Source: Entomortierella parvispora E1425
Taxonomy: Eukaryota; Fungi; Mortierellomycota
Assembly (NCBI GenBank): GCA_020891255.1
Contig: BQFW01000011.1
Location: forward strand, 496,001 to 560,000
Length of the DNA stretch: 64,000 nt
Direction: 5' to 3'
This document shows positions 12,237 to 23,398 of the stretch, in pieces. Position 1 is the first letter of the stretch; every line of letters begins with the position of its first letter. The position numbers were made by a program, and so were the translations under genes. The notes under the pieces are model-generated. The model did not search any database. It saw nothing but the letters and a program-made list of their open reading frames with translations, and had not been told where the DNA came from.

Positions 12237-12341
12237 GGGAGAGGGAGGGATTTGAACCCACGACTGCACTAAAGCAGACTGCACAGTGAATAGTCGTAAT
12301 AACAGAGGTTGCAGCGCCTTGGACCACTCGGCCACCACTCC
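12237..12341 (-). tRNA. Atypical or pseudo tRNA with a Leu-type body, long variable arm and probable intron; anticodon not canonical
   Basis: Reverse complement is GGAGTGG TG GCC GAGTGGTCCAA GGC G CTGCA [26 nt] TGCAG TCTGCTTTAGTGCAGTC GTGGG TTCAAAT CCCTC CCTCTCC C. A-box TGGCCGAGTGG and B-box GGTTCAAATCC are present. There are T:T mismatches in the acceptor and T stems. Confidence 0.7.
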
Positions 12342-13171
12342 ACACACTTATTGAAGGTCTTTTCTACGTCGTGAAGTTGAAGGGAAACCGATTAAGGGTC
12401 ACGCTCCAGGTTGCCACCAAAATTAGGAAATGATCGCCACCAATTCTTTTTGCATCTCCACTACCATCCTTCAATGCCAATGTTGCCACACCATGACCTT
12501 CGTCGCCACTACAGGTTCCAGGAGTTCCACTCCAGAGATTTCTCCAGGGTTCATCAGTGAGCTTGAGGAGATTATGGTTCCCGGTGTCCATCTTGTTATG
12601 GTTGGATCCTATCTTTGCCAGGCGGCCATCTACGTCAGGTTTGTCCAGGCTATTTTTCGATCTCTTACATTCTGAGCATGACTATCTGCTGTACTGAACA
12701 TCGCAAAGTAAAACGTGTGCCGCAGAGGTAGCCTAAAGGAAGATTCAGATTCGTTGCGAATGACCAAAGAAGCGAGAGATACTCTGCAGGTAAAATAGCT
12801 TGAATGCCTACAAAAAAAAAAGGATTTCAGAGTAAATGTACCGGAAGAATGACCAAACGTGCCTGTCTAGGCCATCATCTGGTCCACAATTGTTTGCACT
12901 CCTGTCAAAACCAGCAACAGGAGCCCTATCACTCATATATATCACCCGGAGTTTCATCTCTACATCGAACTTCTACCATGGACTCTATATCGGCTTTATT
13001 CCATCCGAATGAAGGGCTTGGATGTGCAAGGATGTCAGGGAAAGATCCGTTTCACTCTGTATCCCCGTGACAGTGAAGACGAGGGATAACATCGACGCAT
13101 CAGCTGCGGTCATCAAAGAGGGCATATCTCCTTTTCAAAGCATCCCTTCTCTCCTTTACCGCTCTCCAAGC

Positions 13172-13205
<34 letters not shown>

Positions 13206-13231
13206 GAATAAATCCCTTGTATACGACCAGT

Positions 13232-13695
13232 ATGGCTTCCTCAACTTCTTCTACCGTAGAAAGGGTGGTCGAAACACTTTCTTCTAAGGCTGCTGTAGGA
13301 GCAGAGGTGGCCATCCAGGAGCTGACACATTCAAGGACTGTGGGGCGATACATTACATCTTTGATTCAATGGAGCCAAATCCAGTACTCTAATCTGCCCG
13401 GAAGAATTCGTTTTGCCCTTGGGGGTGCATCGTTGCGCTAGGCTAGCCAGTTATTTGCTCATTAGCCTGGATAGTCATGATGGCAATCGAGATTATGATT
13501 GTGACGGGAGCGGCATACATGACTGTGATGTCGGCTGGGTGCTTGCTCCTGGTGGGATTTGTTACACCCTGCGTTTGCGTTATAACTTTGATTGTTGCGG
13601 GGACCATCCTTCTTCGGGTTGCAAACGCGGCCATCTGGATATGCAACTGCCTTAGATTACTTATTATGATCGGTCCGATGTTTGTTTTCCTTTGA
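13232..13695 (+). pseudogene. Promethin/LDAF1-like hairpin membrane protein pseudogene
   Basis: The ATG13232 ORF ends at TAG 13439-13441. A shifted frame continues ALG*PVICSLAWIVMMAIEIMIVTG...PCVCVITLIVA, which resembles the intact gene at 26752-27448 (LSCLPTILLLAWII...PILCLCVIAA). There is one frameshift and one in-frame stop. Confidence 0.55.
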
Positions 13696-14259
13696 GGGCT
13701 GAAAGAACATTCGATGGCGAAAGACCCTTGTGCCTCAACGTGTTTCCCCGCACTTTTCTCCATTTGCCCATCCTGCTCCCCAAACCTAGCGCCAGAATTC
13801 TTACTGTATTTTTTTTTTTTTTTTTTTTTTTTTTGCGTTTAGATTTTGTCTTCCCCGCAAAAGTGTTGAGCGCACAAAGAGGAAAGTCAACGGGACCGAC
13901 AAAAAAGCACTTTTTCTTGAAAAAAAAAGTGCGGACAGTGAGCAAAATGAAGGAACGGATAGGAGCGTTTCGCCGCCATTCCCTTCCTTGGACTTTAGGT
14001 TCAGGATGGTCTTTCGAGAGGAATTTTAGGCCTGGTCATCATACCTACTGATTCTCCTGGAGTATTTTCCAGGGTAAACCAAGAATTTCTCTTTCAGCTT
14101 GGAGAATCGAAGAGATTCCCCCCACTCGAAAAATTGGGAGTTTGTACATGCGAATGTGATATGTTCTTTATATGCTTGAGGGATGTAATATTGTTTAAAT
14201 GAGTGAGGGGGTAACTTGGGCAGGGTCATCACCCTGCAGGGAAGAAAGAATGGCTCTTT

Positions 14260-15196
14260 TTACTTCTTGCGATCGGCCTTCCATTTGTATTTGGCAAGTC
14301 CATCCTTGTCGACACCAATCTTCTTCTTGCGACCTTTGAGCATGAGGTTCTTTCTCAACTTCATCTCCTGTTCCAGCTTGCTCATCGTCTCCTCCCTCTC
14401 CATCCTTGAGGCAAGTTCTGCCAAAGCCCTTTCACGCTCCTTGGTTGCTGCCTTGATATCGGCCTTTTCCACATGTGAGACGGCTACCTCCCGTTTGAGC
14501 TGTGATGTCCGTGGGCGGTTGAATTTCCGATGTACAAGTTCAGGGGCGGTATCAAAATGTTTTGCAGGGTCAAATGTCTTGACTAGAGAAATGAATAACA
14601 AAAAGAGCGATACTGTCAGGATACTGTAATACAATGACCTCCCGTCCACACACTCTCTTCCTCTCGAAATCTTCCTTGATGAACTGGCTTGTCTGTTTAC
14701 CTTCTTCTTCAGTGTCCACGAACACGATATGGTTCTTTGGCTTTTGTATCGTACTTGAAGAGCTGCTGCTTCCTCCAAACATATCCTCGTCCTCTTCCTC
14801 CTCCGCAAACTCGTCATGGACATCATCATCTAAAAGAACGAGTCCCTGCTGCATTCGCTCGATCCTCTTCTTGCCAATGTCCCGTTGTTGTGTGACATAG
14901 TTGAGATCCTGAGTATTCAACAGCTTCAAGAAATCGTGTGAAAACTTCTCGTTTCTCTCCACCAAGTGCACACCGTCCTTCGTCTTGGTGTTGACCATCT
15001 TGAAGTAAAACTCGTCTGGGTTACGGAAAGCAGCCTTCTCACGCATGGCCTTCAGACGGTCCTGCTTCGAGTGGTAATCTCTTGCACGAGCAATGTAATC
15101 CTTCTTCTTCTCGAGAAGACCAAACTTTTGGCGAGCCAGGGGCTGCGAACGCTCCTTGTGGTTCCGTCTATGGACGGCATTGCGTAGAGAGGACAT
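14260..15196 (-). CDS. UTP11: U3 snoRNA-associated protein Utp11; join complement(14260..14582,14701..15196), 272 aa
   Basis: MSSLRNAVHRRNHKERSQP...GLLEKKKDYIARARDYHSK...RNPDEFYFKM at the N-terminus and YKWKADRKK at the C-terminus. Confidence 0.95.
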
Positions 15197-15412
15197 TGTG
15201 TGATGTGTAGTGCTGTTGTTGGTTTGTGAGGGTTGAGATGAACGAGCGTAATGCTGCAAAAAAAAGAAAAAAAGAAAAGCAAACAAAAGAACTTCGGACT
15301 GCTTTTTTTAATTTGTTAAGGGTACAATGCCTTTCTCTTTCTCTCCCCATTTCGTGAATGGAGCAATGCCTCGGCATTTAACGCACCCACCTACCCCTTT
15401 GGACGACAAGAA

Positions 15413-16444
15413 ATGCTGCCAAGCTCCGGGGAGGAGTACCTCCGCATGGTGCGGTGAGTACAGTGTTGGCATGGTATCGCCATTACCAGCGTTTTAGAGT
15501 TCATACTGTAAGTCACGACAGTTCTGACAGTGATTTTTATTTTCCTGTGTTCGCTTAGGGCTCAGGCCGAGTCATGTCCCAATGTGGTCGTAGCGAAAGG
15601 AGCAGACCAATTCCTCTCTGTCAAGAATACATCATGGAAATACAGGACTGATTGGAAATCATGCGTGCCAGCTCCGGAAGGATGTACACCTACTGAACCA
15701 TGGAGGGATCAGTTCATGGCGGAATTTGAGCTCGCTAGAAAGGCATTGATGAACAGGAAACAGCAAGCTTCCTACGGACACAGTGCCACGGTGGATATCG
15801 ACAGGGGGACCAGGTCTGCCAAATCGAACCCACCCTATCAACGTCTCCCCGATTTACAAGACGAAGATGCTTGGCGGTTAATCATGTATGGACCACAGGA
15901 TCAGTCTTTTGAGGACAAACCTTCGCTGGAGAGCTCAGGGGGTGCTCCTCGACCACAATTTCTTATTCGACTCAACCAAGGATGCGTGATGCGCCTTTTG
16001 AAGTATCATCTCAGATGGCTACGCGCAAACGATATTTCTGAACAGGAGGTAAGAAACTCTTATGCTCTTTGATCTTCAAGGTCGTATTTTCAGTTATATT
16101 GTCCCTGTTGATGTCTAATCGATTCTGGGACTTTTGTGATTTGTATGAAATCGCCTTAGGGAAGATGGCTGTATGCTCTGTTGCTGAAGTTGGATCCTCT
16201 TTTGGAATCTCACGATATTGCTGTACTTCGAAGCTTGGCCAAGAAATGTTCATATATCCGATCTCATCTTAATGTAAAGGAGGAAACGTCCGAAAAATTG
16301 TTCATGAATATAAATGCCTACCAAGTTTCTAGAGACTGACTTTTTTTACTCCGTTTGTAGAGCGAATCTGGTCACAAGCTTGCGAGTGTCAACATGGTGA
16401 TCACTGTCGTCGCGCGCTTGTTTGGACAAAATGACCTGGAATAA
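15413..16444 (+). CDS. GEMIN2: Gemin2/SIP1 (SMN complex); exons 15413-15453, 15559-16048, 16160-16273, 16361-16444; start codon uncertain
   Basis: PSSGEEYLRMVRAQAESCPNVVVA, GRWLYALLLKLDPLL...LRSLAKKC and NMVITVVARLFGQNDLE* match the Gemin2 conserved blocks. GT-AG introns are in frame. Confidence 0.85.
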
Positions 16445-17561
16445 GCTGCTTTGGTCTCCACTTGTATTATATTTTCTGTTTCTACTAAAAATTCATGTTT
16501 CTACAAAAACAAAAAGAGTCGCCTTGACAGAATTCGTGGAGAGTCTCCGAGCCATTTGCAATAGTCGGCGTGAATGTTTGAATGTGTCGCATGGGAGCGA
16601 CAATTGATTTGCTGCTTCTATGCACTTTGTGTGAAATGCCAGATAACCACATGTCAAAAGCAAACAAAAAATATCAACTGCGTTCTTTGGCATATGGGCA
16701 TCGAAACGATAGCGGGACAAACAACACTTGGTGAGCAGTTCTTTCACAGCCTTTGCCATATCTTTCAGACGCGTGTATAGAAAAGGGAATTGGGGAGAGC
16801 CACATGGATGCAAGGGTCTCAAACACTGTAATTTATGACGATGACCATTCAACGATCTGTCCAAAGCTCAAGATGCTTGCCCGTCGGTGGATCAGGAGGA
16901 GGAAGTGGGTGACAAAGATGACAGCACCATGCGCTATCCTGAGGTATCTGTTTGCAAATTCAGCTGGGAAGTTGAGCTGACCAATGATTTTCTTGTTGGC
17001 GGGTTATGGCGGATGTGTGAAAGGGGAGGAGCAGAGGAAATGGACCGAGGGTATTGCGCACAGCTTGATTCTCCTAATGCAGCAGGACCAGAAGCAGGAC
17101 CAGAAGGCGGGGTGGATGGACGGTCTTACGGAGATCAGACAGAGAGTTTAACCCAGGAACATGGCACCTCCTCCCGATCCACGTTCGTTACACCTGCCTT
17201 TATTCTCCTTCCGCTTTCAAGGGAGGGGTGGGAAGAATGGTTTTGAGCACACCATCCTGGTCCACAAGAACAACTTGAGAAAGGAAAAATAAGGAACGAA
17301 CAAGGGAAAATAAGGAAAGGAACTGTGTTGCCGAAGAACAAGCCCCTGTGCAATTGGGAGAAGGAAAGGCGCAACCCCGGCTAACCAGCCTACTCCTGCT
17401 GACCTATTTCTCTGAGGTTGTCTTTGGGATATGGCTTACTCAAGGTTGCGAAAGCAGGCAGGAAGCCAATGCCAGGCTGCAGAGACCCTTGAGTGAAAGA
17501 GCAGCCAGGAATCAACCTTAGACTAGAGTCCGCTTTGCGGATCATGGTCTTGTGCTGTGAA

Positions 17562-17660
17562 GGCAGGGCAGGGCAGGGCAGGGCAGGGCAGGGCAGGGCA
17601 GGGCAGGGCAGGGCAGGGCAGGGCAGGGCAGGGCAGGACAGGACAGGACAGGACAGGACA
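17562..17660 (+). repeat. Compound pentanucleotide microsatellite (GGCAG)15(GACAG)~5
   Basis: Tandem array read directly from the sequence. It generates spurious PALPC/GQGRA ORFs. Confidence 0.97.
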
Positions 17661-18339
17661 AGAGCGGGCAACTGGACCAAAAAAAAAAAAAAAAAAAAGT
17701 CGATCCCACGCACGCCAGCCAAGTGCGTGCTGTCGCACAACACAACAACACAAAAGATAATAAAAATCTTGGGTTCCAGCAAATATCGGACTGCACCGTA
17801 GCCGTGGACAGTTTTCGATTGAATGGGCGACTCTATTAGATCCGACAGCAGAATCTTATTCAGTCCGTATCTCGCCTGCGCTCTCCTCCCTCCTGTCCTT
17901 CCCTTCCCTCCCTCCCTCCTTTGCCCTGTCGTGCCAGCCTGTGAGCTCACGTTCTGCTGCACTGCACACGGAACTGGCACCGGGACTATGAAAGTGCAAC
18001 GAGCAATCCCGGAAGCACCGAAGAAAGCGGAAAAGATCATAAAAAACGACTCTCTCCTTCCCTCGAGTAAACACCCCCTCTCCTTTCCTCTTCCTCTCCT
18101 CTCTTCCCGTCAGTCATCACGTCTTCTTGCTTACCTTTCATCCACATCTCTCCATCCTCGCATTTCATTTCATTCCTTGGACGCCATTCTTTCTTTCTTT
18201 CTTTCTTTCTTCTGTCTTGCTTTTCCTCCGCTCATCGTTCTGTTGACGCTTTTTTATTTTTTTTTATTTCTCCACACAACGCTGCACTCAGGAACCGGAT
18301 ACCCGTTTCACTTTATATCAGACAAACAACAACAAAACC

Positions 18340-21230
18340 ATGGAAGTTCAGGCGGCTTCTGCTCCTATGATGGCCATCTCTTCTTCCCCCTCCTCCTCTT
18401 CTTCGTTGAAAACAAAAGCCTCCTCCTCTCACAATAAGGCCCTTGCCATCACAACCTCACCAAAAGCCATCAATCCCGAGAACGACCCCAACCCCTCGTG
18501 GACCTTCTTTCCTCCGTCGGCTACCTACATCCCGCACTCACCCTACCTCTCCTCTTCTTCACCTACTGGTGTTCAAATCCCATCTCCAGCTTCTGGTGCT
18601 TCCCCCTCTGTCGCACCATCTATCAACAACAACAACAATGGGAGCAGGATCCAGAGTAATAACAACGCAGGCAATAACCTTCCTTCTTCTACCCCTTCGA
18701 CCCACCATCGAATCCTGGACCATTGCTTTCACCTCTCCATCGAAACTCGTTTGAAGCAGGCCGAGGCTCAGTATCTCGCCTCTACTCAAGAGCAGGCAGT
18801 GGAGCAGCAGATCCAAGAACAACAGGCATTGCACCAACCTCCCATGTCTGCCTTCAAGCAGGATGACTGGCGCCGACGACAGCGATCATTGGTCGACGAG
18901 GCTGTGGTTCTCGGCCGTAAGGGATCGAATGTGGAGGCTATCGTTGATGGTAGGTGCTTAGTGTGGATGAACAGTTTTGTTCGCTGGGCTTTTGTTTGTT
19001 TCTTCTCCACATGCACCTCGTCCCTTTTTTCTTTGTTGTTCTGTCATGTCTGTTGGTGCTCTCGACCGGCCAAAAAAAAATAATCAAATGTCCGTTCTGC
19101 TATCTGCGTCTTCTTCCGAAGGAGCGCGTGCTAAAACTGGGACTCCTTCCTTTTTGGGATGGCGTCCAACCAGAGGACTTTTATTACTGTCCGTGATGCT
19201 GCATGCTCCCTCCTATCCCTTCCTCTCTTCTCCCGTCCTCTCTTGCCGCTTCAACAACAGAGTTAACCGTCTTCTGACATTACCACCGATCCTCTTCTGA
19301 TCGCTGCGAATATGAAATTTGTCCGCCTTTTTCATTAATATTTCTCCTTTTTTGTGCTCACAGGCATCCTCAAATCGCACCGATCCAGCGGTCCTCTTCA
19401 GACTTTGCCCATGCATCTCAAGCACCGTTTGCATCTCTGCCAATTGACATCCATGGTCTTTGGTCGCTTCGATGTAGCCTCTTCTACCAATAACTCTGCT
19501 GGTCTCAACATCTACTCTGCCTTCCAATCCAGTCGTCATGAGGCCTCTTGCGCCGTCATCCAGTATCATCTAGCCCATAGTCCACAGGGTCAGAAGACTC
19601 GAGAGCTGTTTGTCGAACCCGTGAAGTGCTCATTCACCTACTGTCGTCGACATCATCGCAAAGATTGCCAGCGCACCTGCTGCACACTCGCCAAGATGCA
19701 GAAGGAACAACAGCAGGCCCTGGAGTTAAAGAAAAAGATGAGCAACACCTACTATATGAACAACACTCGCAAACCTGAACAGCAACGTGTCGCTGGTCTC
19801 ACGGATGCTATCCCAGCGTTTCTCAAATGCTCGGCAATGAGCTACCGAGACATAGCAAAGTGCATGGTGGAGAGGGGAGAACAAAAGGATGTCAAAGACA
19901 CCAAGATTTCAGAGGGCTGGTACCGATTGCTTCTCGAGATGTTGACCCAGGCCGTAATCGAATCGTACCTCTGTGATGGCACCGCGGGTGTGGATACTAT
20001 CCTGGATATCTTTTCTTATGGCGACGACCCTGAGATAGAGGAGCTGCAGGATGGAGCGACTTCAGCTGCTGGATCATCCCCCGCCATCAAGTCTAGCAGG
20101 GAATTGTCGCCCACTGCTCGCCGTCCCTCTGCTGGAAATGCTGTCAACACAATGGATGACACTCAGCCCCAAGGTGGTAGACGCTCCTCTATCAAGGGTC
20201 AGAGCCAGATCTCTCAGCAACATCAGCAGTCACCCGCACCTCAAGACAGTAACGCTCAGGACCGTCAGGATGATATCTTGTTTGTGAAAACGCCCGAATA
20301 CATCGCCTTCAAGAATGCAAAGACAGAACGACTTCAAGAGGTAACTTTCATCTATGACAGAGGCGGTCACCGTGAAGACTGGCGAAAACAATATACCTAA
20401 CAGCATCTTTCTGATTATCACAGTTCTTGACCCTCAATGGAGCCTCTGTTGAGCAGCACTTTGTGGCTCTTGCCAACAAGTATCCTGTCATTGTCTTTGA
20501 GCGCCAGATGACGCACTATATTGCCCGGTCGCAGAAATTGCTTGCAGATCCTAAGCTCTCCAGGAACACCGAGGATATTGGCTTGCTGATGCCTCCCACA
20601 ACTTCAGCATATGCTGATGGGTCCCTGTCCATGCCAGTTAGCGACGACGAAGATGATGTTATGGAAGAAATCAACCGACTGGAGAAGATTAAAGAGGAGG
20701 ACGAGGTGGATGAATGTAGACCGATTGTTGTGGAGTCACCTCCCTCTCACCACCAGCGTCAGCCGCAGAAGCACAGCAGACATGAAAAGATGAAGCTTGC
20801 CACAATTACTCTTTCAATGGACGATGAGCTCCCCAATCAGGCCCAACATCATCATCACCCTTTCGCTGCACCCAATGTGTATGGAGCCCCCGGATACCAC
20901 TTGCCGTCACCTCCGCACTCGGTTGCCGCCAGTCGGTCCAGTACAGTGTCGCCCAACTCTTCGTCATCATCAACTGGATCGCTTTCCGAGGAAGAGGAGT
21001 CCATTGCAGAGGCGGCCAGGATTTTGATGTCATCCAATCTCAAGAGCATGAGCATTGGTCACATCAAATCAGACGGCTCTCATGCAGACAGCAGGAAGCA
21101 CAAGTACCATGATGAGCCATCCTCCACGCATCCTTATGGCCACGCCTCAGTCAAGATCGAGCCCTCGGAGACTGAAGACAAAGCCAAGAAGGCTGCTCTG
21201 CGCCGACCAGTTAAAAAGATGAAGGTTTAA
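18340..21230 (+). CDS. Hypothetical protein; join(18340..18949,19364..20340,20424..21230), 797 aa
   Basis: Three long ORFs are joined in frame by GT-AG introns (414 nt and 83 nt). Globular helical segments (WYRLLLEMLTQAVIESYL; FVALANKYPVIVFERQM) and a Cys/His cluster lie among low-complexity tracts. Confidence 0.75.
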
Positions 21231-21749
21231 GGTTCATTTCTCTCTGCTTGCTATACCCCCCTCCCCCCCTTTCCTCCCTTCTCTCCAATATTTCTACCAT
21301 TGTATTTCTCAGTAGACTATCTTCTTTTTTTTTTTTTTTTTTTTTTGCCTTCACCTCAAAGGGACATCGTCTCCCTCTCCTCTCTTTTCCTTCTGTACTT
21401 TTAATCGATTAATAAATCTCCACTCTCGCTGACCTGCACAAATTACATGATCATGTGAATGTAAAGACCGTGGGAATGTTGACAGGAAAACCGTGGGGCT
21501 CGTTTGGTATCGACGTAGTAGCTCTGGCCACCAAAAACTCCCTCACTTCCAGAGTGTTTACGATCGCGTACATTACTCCATTTGGGGAGGAGCAAGACAG
21601 GCAAGGAGGGCTTCCTTATGAAAGGTTTCTCTTGAGAATAAGGGTATGTAATTTTATTTGTTTGTTGTCAAAGAATTAGGCTTGAGTTCGTTCGACCAAT
21701 TTGACAGGGGAAAAACAAGTGAGTCTCAAATAGCAGGGCACTGCCGCCG

Positions 21750-23000
21750 TTATAATTTCTTGCATTCGTCATAGGAAGGCAAGTTGAGCAAGGACTTTCC
21801 ACCGTGGAAACTACCTTGGATTGCCTCGCTGGCGTAAACCCTGAGTTCACTCTCGTAGTCGCCAATAGAGTCCTTCGAGACACCTTTCTTGATGGTCTTC
21901 AATAGGCTGGCGGCATCGCGGAGGGCCGTGTTGGCGCCAGCTCCTCCTGTTGGTGGCATAGGATGAATCGCATCACCCAAAAACGTGAGTACTGACGAGG
22001 GCTCCCAGCTCTTCATGTTGGGTCCTGTGGCCGACAATTGCAATACCGAAGCCTGCTCTTGCGATTGGAGTTCGAACAGGGAGCGTACCCTTGAATCCCA
22101 TCCTTCTGTGAGGGAGAGCGATTTGGCGACAACGTCCTGGGGGCTCATCTTGAACAATTCGTCGTCTTCCACACCAAAGATTTCCTTACGTCCTCCCAAG
22201 ACCCAGTAGATGTAATCCGCCGTGTTGGAGAGTTTGCCTTCCGAAACCTGTTCGACATTAGTCTTCCATCGGACGGGCTCCAGGAAGAGCGTCAGCGGTC
22301 TATCATCCTTGATGGCTGTGATGTTCTGCATTCCCTCTGCAGGAAAGATACTGGTCAATTCGGGAGTGATGGGTGTCTTTCCGTAAATAACTCGACCAGT
22401 TGTATCGACGAGATCAAGGCTTGAAAGTCCTTGTCTTCTGACGGGGGATCGGATACCGTCTGCACCCACCAAGAGGCGCCCTGTGGCATGAGTTCCGTCT
22501 TTAAAGTAGGCTGTGATCCGATCCTCGCTCTCGATCTCATATCGCTCGAAAGCCTTGCCAAATTCGACATGGGACTCTAGTCCGAGTAGCAAGGTGTTTC
22601 TGAATGTCTTTCGATCTGCGGTGTAGGGGCCGTAACGTGGCCCATTTCCAGGCGCCATTGGAAAAGGAGGTGGTCCGGGTCTTGGTCCAACACCAGAAGC
22701 AGGATCATGTCCAGTTCGCGTGACAGTGGCATTGATGGCGTTCATTCCTGTCATGCCCATTCGAATCTCGGCGCAAGTCTGCTCAAAGAGTTGGAACAGC
22801 TGATCGTCGAGGATTTCCTTGAGTGCCGCGCCTCCAAAACCGTTGATACGGATACGATATCCCTGGGGTCGGAAATCCGCAGAGATGTCGCGCTCAAAGA
22901 CTCGGAATGGGATGCCGGCTTTCTTGAGACCTTGAGCCAAAGCCAGGCCGCCGAGGCCTGCCCCGACGATGAGGATACACTTATCGTTGGAGGCCATCAT
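21750..23000 (-). CDS. Group A FAD-dependent monooxygenase (FAD_binding_3 / UbiH-TetX-like), intronless
   Basis: All three flavoprotein fingerprints are present: ILIVGAGLGGL (GxGxxG), LLVGADG and FLGDAIHPMPPTGGAGANTALRDA. Confidence 0.9.
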   Translation of the reverse strand: MMASNDKCILIVGAGLGGLALAQGLKKAGIPFRVFERDISADFRPQGYRIRINGFGGAALKEILDDQLFQLFEQTCAEIRMGMTGMNAINATVTRTGHDPASGVGPRPGPPPFPMAPGNGPRYGPYTADRKTFRNTLLLGLESHVEFGKAFERYEIESEDRITAYFKDGTHATGRLLVGADGIRSPVRRQGLSSLDLVDTTGRVIYGKTPITPELTSIFPAEGMQNITAIKDDRPLTLFLEPVRWKTNVEQVSEGKLSNTADYIYWVLGGRKEIFGVEDDELFKMSPQDVVAKSLSLTEGWDSRVRSLFELQSQEQASVLQLSATGPNMKSWEPSSVLTFLGDAIHPMPPTGGAGANTALRDAASLLKTIKKGVSKDSIGDYESELRVYASEAIQGSFHGGKSLLNLPSYDECKKL

Positions 23001-23398
23001 GTTTTCAGTAAGGGCGTGAGAAAGAGTGTGTGGAGGAAGAAAAAAAAAAGTAAGGAGAGAAGAGGGGTAAGTAAGCGTGCTTAAGGTGGGAAAAAAGTCA
23101 ATCTCGCCGGCCTGGTTTTTGTACTGGTTGTTCACTCAGCAAATGCCCGTTTTGGACGAGGGACTCATCCAAGAATTTGCCTTTTTCGGCGGACCAACAC
23201 GTCTGAGCCTTGGCGCATTGGGTCGAGCTAAAATTGATCGGAGCCCAGTGATATTTGTGGTTGGCTAAAAGAGGCTTGTTTCTGCCTTGGTAAATCATGA
23301 CAGATCCACCGAATTGCAAGGCACATTATGGACTCAAAGATGAACTATTATTACTATGTGAAGACTTAAAAGTTGTACTATCAATTGACCCCGAATGA

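Noticed and set aside
12260-12341. Alternative readings of the tRNA-like gene as tRNA-Sec, tRNA-Cys (CT-GCA-AC) or a suppressor tRNA
   Set aside because: There is no UCA anticodon or Sec-type extended stems, and the GCA or TTA/TAG placements lack a complementary 5-bp anticodon stem.
12364-12700. Short ORFs next to the tRNA-like gene, considered as the body of a tRNA-derived SINE
   Set aside because: They lie upstream of the tRNA 5' end. There is no second copy, target-site duplication or sense poly(A) tail in the window.
13173-13834. A30 and ~T25 tracts flanking the promethin-like pseudogene, considered as terminal inverted repeats or a retrocopy tail
   Set aside because: Homopolymer tracts are common throughout the window. 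The A-tract is upstream on the sense strand, so it is not a retro-poly(A) tail, and no other inverted-repeat sequence is present.
16480-17400. Possible small gene between Gemin2 and the microsatellite (e.g. ORF 16887-17246)
   Set aside because: No recognisable domain, and I could not build a coherent exon chain on either strand.
17390-18040. ORFs with PALPC / GQGRA repeats (up to 216 aa)
   Set aside because: They are translations of the (GGCAG)n microsatellite and A-tracts, with no coding signature.
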